The translations under genes and the position numbers were made by a program. The notes under the pieces are model-generated. The model searched no databases. It was not told the DNA's origin and worked only from the letters and a program-made list of their open reading frames with translations. A stretch of DNA of 64,000 bases from Bacillota bacterium (GTDB taxonomy: Bacteria; Bacillota; Sulfobacillia; JAJZYS01; JAJYTV01). The stretch covers positions 11,032 to 75,031 of the forward strand of contig JAJYSZ010000003.1 of NCBI GenBank assembly GCA_021793315.1, given 5' to 3'. This document shows, piece after piece, positions 18,480-27,560 of the stretch; within the stretch, counting starts at the first letter, position 1, and each line of letters begins with the position of its first letter.

Positions 18480-18711
18480 CGGTTCGTCGCCTCGTGCGGA
18501 TCAAGGATGGGGGAGCGTCGCGCAGGTAACCGGCTTCAGCATCCTGCCGCGTGCGGTCGCGTACAAGGGCACGATGGGGCGTTACACGCGGGCTTGGGTT
18601 CCAAAATCGATCGGACCTCTGGACGTGAGATCGCACCGCGAGGCGGGAGCAAAGGAGAAGCGGGAAGGGCGCCAGGGCCCTACCCGCTTCCTTTTGGTCT
18701 GGTGACACCGG

Positions 18712-20151
18712 CTACTTCGTCACTCGGAGGACGATGTGGAAGGCTGGCAGCGTGTCGCCCGGGTGGTCCTGCGCGTAGGTGAGCTGGGGCATGCCATACC
18801 AGTTCGGCAGGATCGAGCTTCCTTGGTACGGCGACGGGTAGATGTCGATGAAGTGGTAGCCCGGGGTGCCGATGGCGGGGATGTGGATGTGGACGTCGCC
18901 GTGGCTGTTGAAGCCGCAGGCGTAGCCCATATAGGCGTTGTCGTAGTCGACGGCGTAGATGTTGTCGTACTGCGTCCAGCCGACGCCGGTCAGGTGGACG
19001 ATGACCATGCTGCCCACCTTGGCGGGGTTCGGCGAGACGTCGATGAGCTGCGGCATGATCCGGAAGTAGGCCGACCCCACCTTCTGGCTGCCCTGCATGA
19101 GGTCGATTTCGTGCGGCGGGCCGCCAAGGTCGTCCGGGACCGTGCCCTTCCAGGTGAAGCTGCCGCTGCCGTCCGTGGTGATGGTGGCCAGCTGGGTCTG
19201 CGCCGTCTGGTACATCGAATTTGTCACGCGATTGCCCGACATGGTGTTCCAGACCACGCGCAACTGGGTGTTGGCCGGGAGCCCCTGGCCCTGCAGGGTG
19301 AACGTGCTGCCCACCACGCCGGATGTCGGCGTCACCGTCAGGTTGGTGCCGGTGGGCACGTCGGTCGCCGGTTCAGGGTCGACGACGGTCGCAGGCGTTC
19401 CCTTGGTGACCTGCACGGTCCAGTAGTAGCGCGGCAGATAGGCGTAGGGGCCTTCCTGCTCGTTCAAGTACGGTCCTTCCACGGCGCCAGCGCGCAGGGA
19501 GATCTGGTGGGTCCCCACACCCTCCGCCCGGACCGAGAAGGTCGCCGTGCCTTCGGTGGTGACGCCGGAGATGAAGCCCATGTAGTGGTTGTCGTAGAGC
19601 ACGCCGTACTCGGCGCCTTCGGCTCCGTAGGCCAGCCCCTTGACGGTGACGTGGAAGAGATCGCCCTGCGGTACGGCGGTACTCGAGATGGTGGCGCCGA
19701 TCGACTCGATCACGGACCCGACCGCGACGGCCATTCCACCTGCATCGGTCAGCTCGAAGTTGTGCATACCTCCGAAGCCGTTCGGCACGGGGAACGAGCC
19801 TGAAGCGGTGCCGGTTGCCGACGTCTCCACCGTGCCGATCTGTTCGCTGCCGTAGGAGTACACGACCGGCTTCTCCGTGCTGGTCCCGAGGTCCGCGCCG
19901 TCGATGACCCAGTGGCCGGAGACGGTCTGCCAGTCGAGCTCGAGCGTCGTGCTGGCCGGCAGGCCGGTGGCGGTCCACTGAATCTGATCGCCGGGGTAGA
20001 CGTAGGGGGTGAGGACGGTCAGTTGGCCCTGCGGTACGGACGTGGCTGCGTCATCCGCGAACGCCGGCAGGCTGAATCCGGCAAGGGCGACCGCGCCAAG
20101 GAGCGTTGCTGCCAGAGCGGGGAGGAGGCTGCCGTGCAGTGTCCTGGACAT
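18712..20151 (-). CDS. Secreted beta-sandwich repeat protein with YACGFNS motif (copy A)
   Basis: Signal peptide ending PAFA; Thr/Gly-rich beta-strand pattern; internal A-B-A-B duplication; single Cys in YMGYACGFNSHGD; paralogue of 22316..23767. Confidence 0.88.
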   Translation of the reverse strand: MSRTLHGSLLPALAATLLGAVALAGFSLPAFADDAATSVPQGQLTVLTPYVYPGDQIQWTATGLPASTTLELDWQTVSGHWVIDGADLGTSTEKPVVYSYGSEQIGTVETSATGTASGSFPVPNGFGGMHNFELTDAGGMAVAVGSVIESIGATISSTAVPQGDLFHVTVKGLAYGAEGAEYGVLYDNHYMGFISGVTTEGTATFSVRAEGVGTHQISLRAGAVEGPYLNEQEGPYAYLPRYYWTVQVTKGTPATVVDPEPATDVPTGTNLTVTPTSGVVGSTFTLQGQGLPANTQLRVVWNTMSGNRVTNSMYQTAQTQLATITTDGSGSFTWKGTVPDDLGGPPHEIDLMQGSQKVGSAYFRIMPQLIDVSPNPAKVGSMVIVHLTGVGWTQYDNIYAVDYDNAYMGYACGFNSHGDVHIHIPAIGTPGYHFIDIYPSPYQGSSILPNWYGMPQLTYAQDHPGDTLPAFHIVLRVTK

Positions 20152-20154
20152 GGC

Positions 20155-20967
20155 TTACTGCAGTTGGAACGCGAGCGAGGTGCCGGTGCCGGTGTTCGGC
20201 GGCGCCACCTTGTCTTGGGCGTTGACCTGGACGACGTAGAGACCAGCCTTGAGCCCTGACATCGACACGTTGCCCAGCCAGGCCTTCTTGGCCGCGTTGT
20301 AGCGCAGCGGGACGCTCCGGGCGACGATCTGCTGGCCCTTGGCGTTGATGTTGCCCTCGAGGCCGATGTTAGCCGTGACCTTGCCGGCGGTCATCGGCGA
20401 CAGGGTGGTCTTGCCCTTCGCGACCAGGGCAAGGTTGACGCCCGCGGTGATCGGCAAGGACTTCACGGTCTTGCCGACGACGGTGGCGGACTTCGCGGCG
20501 TTGCCCACCTTGACGTTCACCGCGTAGCTGGCGGGGACGATCATCAGTTCGGACGGTGCGACCATGAACTGCGGCTGGAAGCCGCCGCTGAGGCTGCCGT
20601 CCGTCGCGGTGACCGACCACTGGATCGTGCCGGTCGGTGTGTTGAGACCCTCGTGCCAGGCCGCCGTGAAGAAGCCGTCGTCCGTGTTGTAGATGGCGGG
20701 GTACGTCTTGCCGCCCTTCACGTAGACGGTCACTTTGGCGCTCTTGTCCTGTTTCCCGTCCTTGAGCACGTTGATGCGCCAGACGACGACGTCGACCCCG
20801 CGGTGGAACACATTTGTCTGCAGGCAGCCGACGTTTGTGACGGTGTCGGCGTAGACCATGAGACCGTCATTGGTCGATGCGGCAAATGCGGGGGAAGCCG
20901 TCGCGGCCAGCATGGTCGCTGCACCAGCCAAGCCTACCAAAGCGGCAAGGTTCCTGCGAAGTGACAT
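20155..20967 (-). CDS. Secreted protein with GCxQTNVF motif (copy A)
   Basis: ATG at 20967; MSLRRNL...PAFA signal peptide; YADTV...GCLQTNVFHRG; 3-bp gap to the downstream gene; paralogue of 23769..24578. Confidence 0.88.
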   Translation of the reverse strand: MSLRRNLAALVGLAGAATMLAATASPAFAASTNDGLMVYADTVTNVGCLQTNVFHRGVDVVVWRINVLKDGKQDKSAKVTVYVKGGKTYPAIYNTDDGFFTAAWHEGLNTPTGTIQWSVTATDGSLSGGFQPQFMVAPSELMIVPASYAVNVKVGNAAKSATVVGKTVKSLPITAGVNLALVAKGKTTLSPMTAGKVTANIGLEGNINAKGQQIVARSVPLRYNAAKKAWLGNVSMSGLKAGLYVVQVNAQDKVAPPNTGTGTSLAFQLQ

Positions 20968-21202
20968 CTCTCGAACCCTCCTTGCACTGTCAGGACGGCG
21001 GTGCTGTGCACAGGTTCCGGCGGGTACACCTTGCCTTTGGGGGCCTGCGCAGGGGCGGGCGGGTATTCGGCGCCGGGCGGGGGAGCGCGCCACGCTGCCG
21101 AAACACGGAAGAATCCGCAGCCACCTCCGGGGCTCGAAGTTGAGGCGCCGCTACACCCTTGGATCACCGCACCATCCCATGAACATCTCACCGCTGCGCG
21201 GG

Positions 21203-21220
21203 TTGTGAAACAATGCACAT
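21203..21220. promoter_or_regulatory. Rex/Crp-Fnr-type operator
   Basis: TTGTGAA-ACAA-TGCACAT upstream of the copy A pair and apbE. Confidence 0.7.
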
Positions 21221-21544
21221 GTGGACGCACTAGAGCGTTTCAAGAGGCCGGGAAAGGTCGGCGCATGGAAACAGGTGGCATGCCCCATGCAGACGCACCG
21301 CCGGCAGGGCGACCCTGCCGCCAAGAGACCGCGACAGGGGTCGTCCGGCCGCCGCCGACGAACGGCGTGGCCATCAGGCCTTGGGAACTGCGAGCAGGGG
21401 ACAGCTCTCGTGGCCCGTCGCCTGCCAGGTGGGGGACTTCTCCCGCCTCGCAGATGTGCCGCTGCAGCAGGCAAGCGCACCTCCCGAGGAGATGCGCTTG
21501 CGTCTTCGCTTGTCGCCAGGGCCACCTGAATGCGGATCAGCCAA

Positions 21545-22210
21545 CTAGCCTGACGCACCGCTGCTGGCGTGCACGGCGGGCTTGACCGAACCGCGCACGA
21601 GCATGTAGCCGCGACGCAGGTGGAAGCCCTTCGGCAGGGCACAGATCTGGGCTGCGGTGTAGCCGGCATTGGCTGGCTCGACCCCGACCAGCTTGCACCC
21701 GTTGAGCCATGGGGCCTTCAGCTGTTCGCCAGCGACCTTGCCGCCGGCGGACAGTAGCCGCGTCTCCTTGACCTTGGCGGCGCCGACCACGCGGTATTTG
21801 CCCGCCGGCGCAATGGCGAAGGTCAAGGTGATGAGGATCTCGTCCAGGAAGAACAACGAGAGGATCCGCAGCCAGAGAAGGAACGTGTCGCCGATGCTGT
21901 GATCGAAGATGCCGCTGAAGAGCCCGGCACCCAGCGTGCCCCAGAGCACCAGGTTGTGAGCCGTGCGGCTCTTGTGGCCGGCCCCGAAGACGTCCATCGC
22001 AATAAGTCCCACCATACCGATCAGGAGACCGTGCAGGTACATCGCGTGGGCGTAATCGGGCGCCATGCCCTGGTGCTGGTCGAAGAACGGCGTCGCCACG
22101 AAGGCGCTGCCGAGCGCCAGCAGCGTCAGCCAGACGAGCATGGCCACGATGACGCGCTGTTCGGGCGATCAGAGCGTTTTTCCGGGACTCTTCTCGCCGT
22201 GATCCCACAT
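21545..22210 (-). pseudogene. Decayed fusion of the membrane protein N-terminus with the SGAS protein C-terminus
   Basis: ATG at 22210, then TGA at 22169-22171 where paralogues have Trp (LWSPEK). Short in-frame deletions (MVG/LIAMD, FSG/IFD). After EILITLT it switches to GCKLV...ALPKGFHLRRGYMLVRGSVKPAVHASSGASG. Confidence 0.8.
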
Positions 22211-22315
22211 GGACGCTCCGCCTTAGACGGGGGGGTGCCCCGGATGGGGAGAAGCGGAAGTCCAGCCTTGGCCGTACTCCCGCTTCTCCCGGAGTGCCTG
22301 CGAATGCGGGGCCGC

Positions 22316-23767
22316 CTACCTGACCACCTTGATGACGAGGTGGAACGCGGGCAGGGTGTCCCCAGGATGGTCCTTCGCGTACGTCAGCTGGGGCATGCCC
22401 CACCAGTTGGGAAACACGCTGGTGCCCATGTACGGCGAGGGATAGATGTCGATGAAGTGGTAGCCGGGAGCTCCCACGGCGGGAATCTGGATGTGGACGT
22501 CGCCATGGCTGTTGAAGCCGCATGCGTAGCCCATGAACGCGTTGTCGTAGTCCACGGCGTAGATGTTGTCGTAATCGGTCCAGCCGACGCCGGTCAGGTG
22601 TACGGTCATCAGGCTGCCCTGCCTGGCCGGGTTCGGCGATACGCTGAGGAACTGCGGCATGATGCGATACTGCGCCGACCCGAGGACGCTTTGGTTCTGG
22701 TCCACGAGGTCGATCTCATGCGGCGGGCCGCCGAGGTCATTCGGCACCGTGCCCTTCCAGGTGAAGGCGCCGCTCGCGTCGGTCGTGACGGTGGCGAGCG
22801 CGATCTGGGCCGACTGGTACATCGACGACGTGACGCGGTTGCCGGACTGGGTGTTCCACACGACCTGCAGGGTCTCGTCGGCCGGAAGACCGCGACCCTG
22901 CAGCGTGATCGCGCTGCCGACGACGCCGGATGTCGGCGTCACGGTCAGGTTTGTTCCTGCCGGCAGCGTGACCTTGGGCTCGGGGTCCACGATGGTCTTC
23001 GGCGTCGCGGCGGTCACGCGGACGTTCCAGTAGTAGCGCGGGTTGAGCGGGTATGGGCTCTCCTCCTGGTTGAGGTATGGCCCCCAGACGCCTGCGCCCC
23101 GCAGGGAGATCTGATGGTTGCCGACGCCCTCGGCGCGCACCTCGAAGTTCGCGGTGCCGTTGGTGCTCACCGCAGAAATGAACCCCATGTACTTGTCGTC
23201 GTAGAGGACGCCGTAGTCGGACGTGTAGGGGGTGTAGGCAAGCCCGAGCACCTGGATGTGGAAGAAGCCGCCCTGCGGCTCCGTTGTTTGGGCGATGGTA
23301 GCCGACGGCCACTCGGCGACGCTGCCGACCGCCTCTGCCGTTCCATCTGCGTCCGCCAGCTGGAAGTTGTGCGTACCGCCGAAACCGGCGGGCACCGGGA
23401 ACGATCCCGATGCCGTGCCGGCCGCGGACGTCTGCACGGTTTCGATCTGCGTGCTGCTGAAGGTGTAGCTCGCCGGCTTCTCGGTACTCGTACCGAGATT
23501 GTCGCCATCGACTACCCAGTGACCGCTGACGGACTGCCAGTCCAGGTCGAGCGTTGCGTTCGGGGTCAGGCCCGTCGCAGTCCACCTGATCGCGTCGCCG
23601 GGGTAGACGTTCGGCGTGAGCACGGTGATCTGTCCGTTGGCGGAAGGGGTGCTCGTGGCGGAGCCGCCGTCTGCGAGAGCGGGCGAGCTGAAGCCGGCTA
23701 CCGTAACGCCAGCGAGGGCGATGAGGGCCAGGGACCGCAGGCAAGTCCGAACAAACGCTCGTGACAT
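22316..23767 (-). CDS. Secreted beta-sandwich repeat protein with YACGFNS motif (copy B)
   Basis: Signal peptide ending PALA; near-collinear with 18712..20151, including GYACGFNSHGDVHI and PQLTYAxDHPG. Confidence 0.88.
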   Translation of the reverse strand: MSRAFVRTCLRSLALIALAGVTVAGFSSPALADGGSATSTPSANGQITVLTPNVYPGDAIRWTATGLTPNATLDLDWQSVSGHWVVDGDNLGTSTEKPASYTFSSTQIETVQTSAAGTASGSFPVPAGFGGTHNFQLADADGTAEAVGSVAEWPSATIAQTTEPQGGFFHIQVLGLAYTPYTSDYGVLYDDKYMGFISAVSTNGTANFEVRAEGVGNHQISLRGAGVWGPYLNQEESPYPLNPRYYWNVRVTAATPKTIVDPEPKVTLPAGTNLTVTPTSGVVGSAITLQGRGLPADETLQVVWNTQSGNRVTSSMYQSAQIALATVTTDASGAFTWKGTVPNDLGGPPHEIDLVDQNQSVLGSAQYRIMPQFLSVSPNPARQGSLMTVHLTGVGWTDYDNIYAVDYDNAFMGYACGFNSHGDVHIQIPAVGAPGYHFIDIYPSPYMGTSVFPNWWGMPQLTYAKDHPGDTLPAFHLVIKVVR

Positions 23768-23768
23768 G

Positions 23769-24578
23769 TTACTGTACCGTGAAGGCGAGCGACGTGCCGG
23801 TGCCGGTGTTGGCCGGCGCGACGTGGTCCGCTGCGTTGACGTCGACGATGTAGAGGCCGGCCTTGAGGCCAGCGGTCGGGATGCTGCCGACCCAGGTCTT
23901 GCTGGATGCGTTGTAGCGCAGGGCGACCGTCTTGTTCACGATCTGCTGGCCCTTGGCGTTCACGTTGCCTTCGAGGCCGATGGCGGCCTTGACGGTGCCG
24001 GAGGTCATCGGCTTGAGCGAGATCTTGCCTTGGGACGAGGTGACGAGGTCAACTCCGGCCGTCACCGGGATGGCCTTGACGGCCTTGCCGAAGAGCGTGA
24101 CCGGCTTGGCGCCGCTGCCGACCTTGGTGTTCACGGTGTAGGTGGCCGGGACGATCATGAGTTCGGACGGTGCGACCATGAACTGCGGCTGGTACGAGCC
24201 TGTCGCGGAGCCGTCCGTCGCGGTGACGGAGTACTGGATCGTACCGGGGGCCTGGTTGATGGGGACGGGCCAGAACGCGGTGTAGAAGCCGTCCTTGGAG
24301 TTGAAGGGCGCCTTGAAGGTCTGTCCGCCCTTGACCTGTACGGTTACGGTGGCCGTCTTGTCCTGCTGGCCGTTCTGGAGCACGTTGATGCGCCAGACGA
24401 TGCCGTCGATGCCGCGGTGGAACACGTTGGTCTGGACGCAGCCCTGGTCCGTGACGGTGTCGGCGTAGACGGTGAGTCCGCCCGTCGAGGCGGCGAAGGC
24501 CGGGGTGGCGGTGGCGCCGACCATGGTAACGGCGGCGGCGAGTCCGGCAATCACACCGAGGCTCCTGCGAAAGTGCAT
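23769..24578 (-). CDS. Secreted protein with GCxQTNVF motif (copy B)
   Basis: AAGGAGG RBS; MHFRRSL...PAFA signal peptide; GCVQTNVFHRG; PQFMVAPSELMIVPA shared with copy A. Confidence 0.88.
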   Translation of the reverse strand: MHFRRSLGVIAGLAAAVTMVGATATPAFAASTGGLTVYADTVTDQGCVQTNVFHRGIDGIVWRINVLQNGQQDKTATVTVQVKGGQTFKAPFNSKDGFYTAFWPVPINQAPGTIQYSVTATDGSATGSYQPQFMVAPSELMIVPATYTVNTKVGSGAKPVTLFGKAVKAIPVTAGVDLVTSSQGKISLKPMTSGTVKAAIGLEGNVNAKGQQIVNKTVALRYNASSKTWVGSIPTAGLKAGLYIVDVNAADHVAPANTGTGTSLAFTVQ

Positions 24579-24911
24579 CTCGTTTCCTCCTTGGTTCGAG
24601 CGAGCTTGGGTTGGGCCGGATGTACGTGGCTCTGCCTCACGATTGAGGTGGTCTGCGGCGATCCTTCAGGCTCTGATGCCGGATCGCAGGACCATCCGCA
24701 GAAGGCGTTTCACGCGGACCGATCCATCTAGGCTGCGGGCGCCCTGCGGCGAAACGGGGGAAGCGCATTGCGCCGCCTGACACGGGCCGCGAACCTTCAT
24801 CTCTCCCTCCCTCCTCCTTGCCAGGGAAGATGGTCCGGGTCGGCCTGGTGTGCGATATCAGATCGCCTCATGCCGAGGCATCCGTCCCACAACATCACAC
24901 GACACGGCACT

Positions 24912-24929
24912 ATGTGAAACAATGCACTT
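24912..24929. promoter_or_regulatory. Rex/Crp-Fnr-type operator
   Basis: ATGTGAA-ACAA-TGCACTT, overlapping a minus-strand CATAGT -10-like hexamer. Confidence 0.65.
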
Positions 24930-25329
24930 GTGGACCCTGCTTGTGATCACAGTCCTCTTTCTCGAATGGCCTAGCCCAAGAAGCCGATGGAAACGCGAGC
25001 CATACGCCGGTTGGATGGAGGACATGCATAGGGCCCTCTTGCGCGGCAGGCCTGCGGGTGCCCAGTTGAGCGGGCGGCCCTGACCCATCGGCAATGGCCT
25101 TGCCGCTTGGTCAGCCAATGTGCCTATCTGCGGGTAGCCACGGCGCGGGAAAGGCCTCGCGATGCGCCTTGGCACCTTCTTCCGCTGTGGTAGGAAGAAG
25201 GGGGCAGGTCCCAGGGCACTGCAGCTTGGGCTCCCTTTGCTCCCTGAAGCGCCATGGCTGATGCGTACGGCAGAAGCGGGAACGAGCCGGGGGCCCATTC
25301 GGTCCCAGGGGCCGCCGACGGCGGAAAGA

Positions 25330-25363
25330 AGTCGCACCCCTTGCCCGTGCAGGGGGTGCGACT
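25330..25363 (-). terminator. Hairpin downstream of the small SGAS protein gene
   Basis: AGTCGCACCCCTTGC...GCAGGGGGTGCGACT inverted repeat, followed on the minus strand by a T-rich run. Confidence 0.65.
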
Positions 25364-25395
25364 GGAAGTCCTGGGCACTTAGAGACGAGCGGGGA

Positions 25396-25800
25396 TCAAC
25401 CCGACGCGCCGGAGGTGCTGTGCACCGTCGGCTTCACGGAACCGCGCACGAGCATGTAGCCGCGCCGGAGGTGGTAACCCTTGGGCAGGGCGCACATCTG
25501 CGCAGCCGTGTAGCCGGCGTTGGCCGGCCCGATCTCGACGAGCTTGCAGCCCTTCGGCAGCCAGCGGGCGGTGACCCGTGCCGCGGCTGCGCGCTTGGCG
25601 CCGGCGAAGAGGTGGGCCGTCGCGCGGCTCGAGGCAAGGCGATGGCGCGCGGGCGCGGCTTGCCGCATCGGGGTGCTGGCTGGTTGGACGCTGTGCACAG
25701 CTGGGGTGGAGGCCGCGGCAAGGCCTGGCGCCAGCGCGGCCAGCGGCAGTGAGGCGGTGGCCGACGCTGCGATGAGTGTTAGGGCACGCGAACGTTTCAT
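25396..25800 (-). CDS. Small secreted protein with C-terminal SGAS flavinylation motif (putative ApbE substrate)
   Basis: AAGGAGG precedes ATG at 25800; MKRSRALTL...LAAA signal peptide; two Cys (GCKLV, QMCALP); ends VHSTSGASG-stop. Confidence 0.8.
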   Translation of the reverse strand: MKRSRALTLIAASATASLPLAALAPGLAAASTPAVHSVQPASTPMRQAAPARHRLASSRATAHLFAGAKRAAAARVTARWLPKGCKLVEIGPANAGYTAAQMCALPKGYHLRRGYMLVRGSVKPTVHSTSGASG

Positions 25801-25891
25801 GGCCCGTTCCTCCTTGGTATGGCGAGTGCTCAGGGCGCCTCTGGCATGGCGATCTGTCTGACGGCCATCCGGGCGGTTGACGTGACTCTTG

Positions 25892-27268
25892 TCAGTCCGT
25901 CCCGGACAGCACGGCCTTGTCGGGCGTTTGGGCGCCGACGCCGGGGCGTATGATGGCGCGCAGGGCCAGTACGACGCCGAGGACGATGCCGGCCAAGCCG
26001 ATCGTCGTGATGACGAAGGAGACACCGTAGAGCGCAGGGGAGACGAACACGTAGAGCATTCCGCCGACGAAGCCGAGGCAGCTTCCGGCGAGCAGCGTAC
26101 CGACGGATGCGCGGCGCTGGCGGGCGTCATGCGTAAAGTGCATGACCGCCAGGATGAGCGTCATGATGGCTGGGATGAGGAAGAGGGCGAAGTCCTGGTG
26201 GAACCACCCGTACACCGCGTCGTTGACTCCGCGGGGCGCCGAGGCGAGACCGTGGTTGTAGAGCGTTTCGTGCATGTAGATGTAGTAGCCCGTTATCGGA
26301 ACCGTCACGAGCAGCAGGGTGCTAAGCAGCGCCGAACCCCAGCGCGTCACCGGGTCCGGCAGCCTTTCGACGCCAAGGCCGACGAGCGCGATCAGCCCGC
26401 CGAGCATGACGCCCAGGCCCGTGACGAAGTCGTCGCCGCCGATGCCGTTCAGGCCGTGGGCGAAGAGCACGGGCGGCTGGGCCCAGGAGAATCCCGCGAC
26501 GACATAGACGAGCGTCATGGCGATCGTGCCGATCGCCGCCCACCAGAGCCCGAACCGCATCAGCTTGTTGCCGCGGGTCTGCAGGCTGAAGTAGGCGCAG
26601 AACGTCGCGACGAGCAGGGCGATCACGGCCACGACCATCTCGTGGGCGTGTGCCGATATCAGGTGGGTGAGCAGGCTTTGCCACGACTCCGCGGCCAGCG
26701 ATGCGTATCCGCCGACGATGGCCTTCGGGTAGTCGCCGAACTCGAGGATCCAACCGGCGATATGCCCCATCACCGCGGAGATGAAGCCGCTGAACGCCGC
26801 CAGGGCTGCGAGCCACGTTGCGACGAAGCGCGTTTCCACGGCGCGGAAGAAGAGCGCCAGGGTCAGGCTGATGAGGATCTCATCCAGGAAGAAGAACGAG
26901 ATGATCTGCATCCAGAGAAAGAGCGTGTCCTCGATGTTGCGGTCGAAGATGCCTCCGACGCCACTGAAGAGCGCGGCGCCGAGTGTGCCCCAGAGCACGA
27001 GGTTGTGCATGGTGCGGTTCTTGTGGCCAGCACCGAAGATATCCATCGCAATCAGCGACAGCAGACCCACCATGCCGATCAGCAGTCCGTGCAGATACAT
27101 GGTGCGCGCGTAGTCGGGCGGTGCCCCCGCACGCTGGTCGACGAAGGGCGTGGAGACGAAGGCGCTGCCGAGCGCGAGCAGCGCCAGCCATATCAGCATG
27201 GCTACGACGACGCGCTTCTCGGGAGACCAGAGGGTCTCGGAAAGGCTTCGCTGGCTTCCGGTCGACAT
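25892..27268 (-). CDS. Multi-His ~12-TM integral membrane protein (copy 3, intact)
   Basis: GAGGAGGAG precedes ATG at 27268; MYLHGLLIG, MGHIAGW, HAHEMV, MHE, WFHQDFA. Confidence 0.87.
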   Translation of the reverse strand: MSTGSQRSLSETLWSPEKRVVVAMLIWLALLALGSAFVSTPFVDQRAGAPPDYARTMYLHGLLIGMVGLLSLIAMDIFGAGHKNRTMHNLVLWGTLGAALFSGVGGIFDRNIEDTLFLWMQIISFFFLDEILISLTLALFFRAVETRFVATWLAALAAFSGFISAVMGHIAGWILEFGDYPKAIVGGYASLAAESWQSLLTHLISAHAHEMVVAVIALLVATFCAYFSLQTRGNKLMRFGLWWAAIGTIAMTLVYVVAGFSWAQPPVLFAHGLNGIGGDDFVTGLGVMLGGLIALVGLGVERLPDPVTRWGSALLSTLLLVTVPITGYYIYMHETLYNHGLASAPRGVNDAVYGWFHQDFALFLIPAIMTLILAVMHFTHDARQRRASVGTLLAGSCLGFVGGMLYVFVSPALYGVSFVITTIGLAGIVLGVVLALRAIIRPGVGAQTPDKAVLSGTD

Positions 27269-27560
27269 GGAATCTCCTCCTCGAGCGGCGGCGAGGCGGC
27301 CGCCTCCACCCCGCACGCACCTGCCCACTCCTGGAATCGACGACTGCGTCCTGCGCCTGCAGCGGGTCTCTCGCCTTACCCGCTGACACATCCAAGACGG
27401 CCGCGGCGGTAGCCGTTCCGGGGCAAGAACGCGGCTGAGAGCCCGCGCCTGCGAGGTGCCCGAGTCCTTGTCAGCAGTCCGCGACAGCGTGGTTGGACTC
27501 TTCGCAGGAGGCGCCTCGTCCCGATGACGCTCAGCCGAATACAGTGTGGGCCAGGGCACT

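Noticed and set aside
22169-22171. In-frame TGA as a second selenocysteine
   Set aside because: It aligns to Trp (LWSPEK) in both paralogues, not Cys, and the gene has further deletions, so it is a nonsense mutation.
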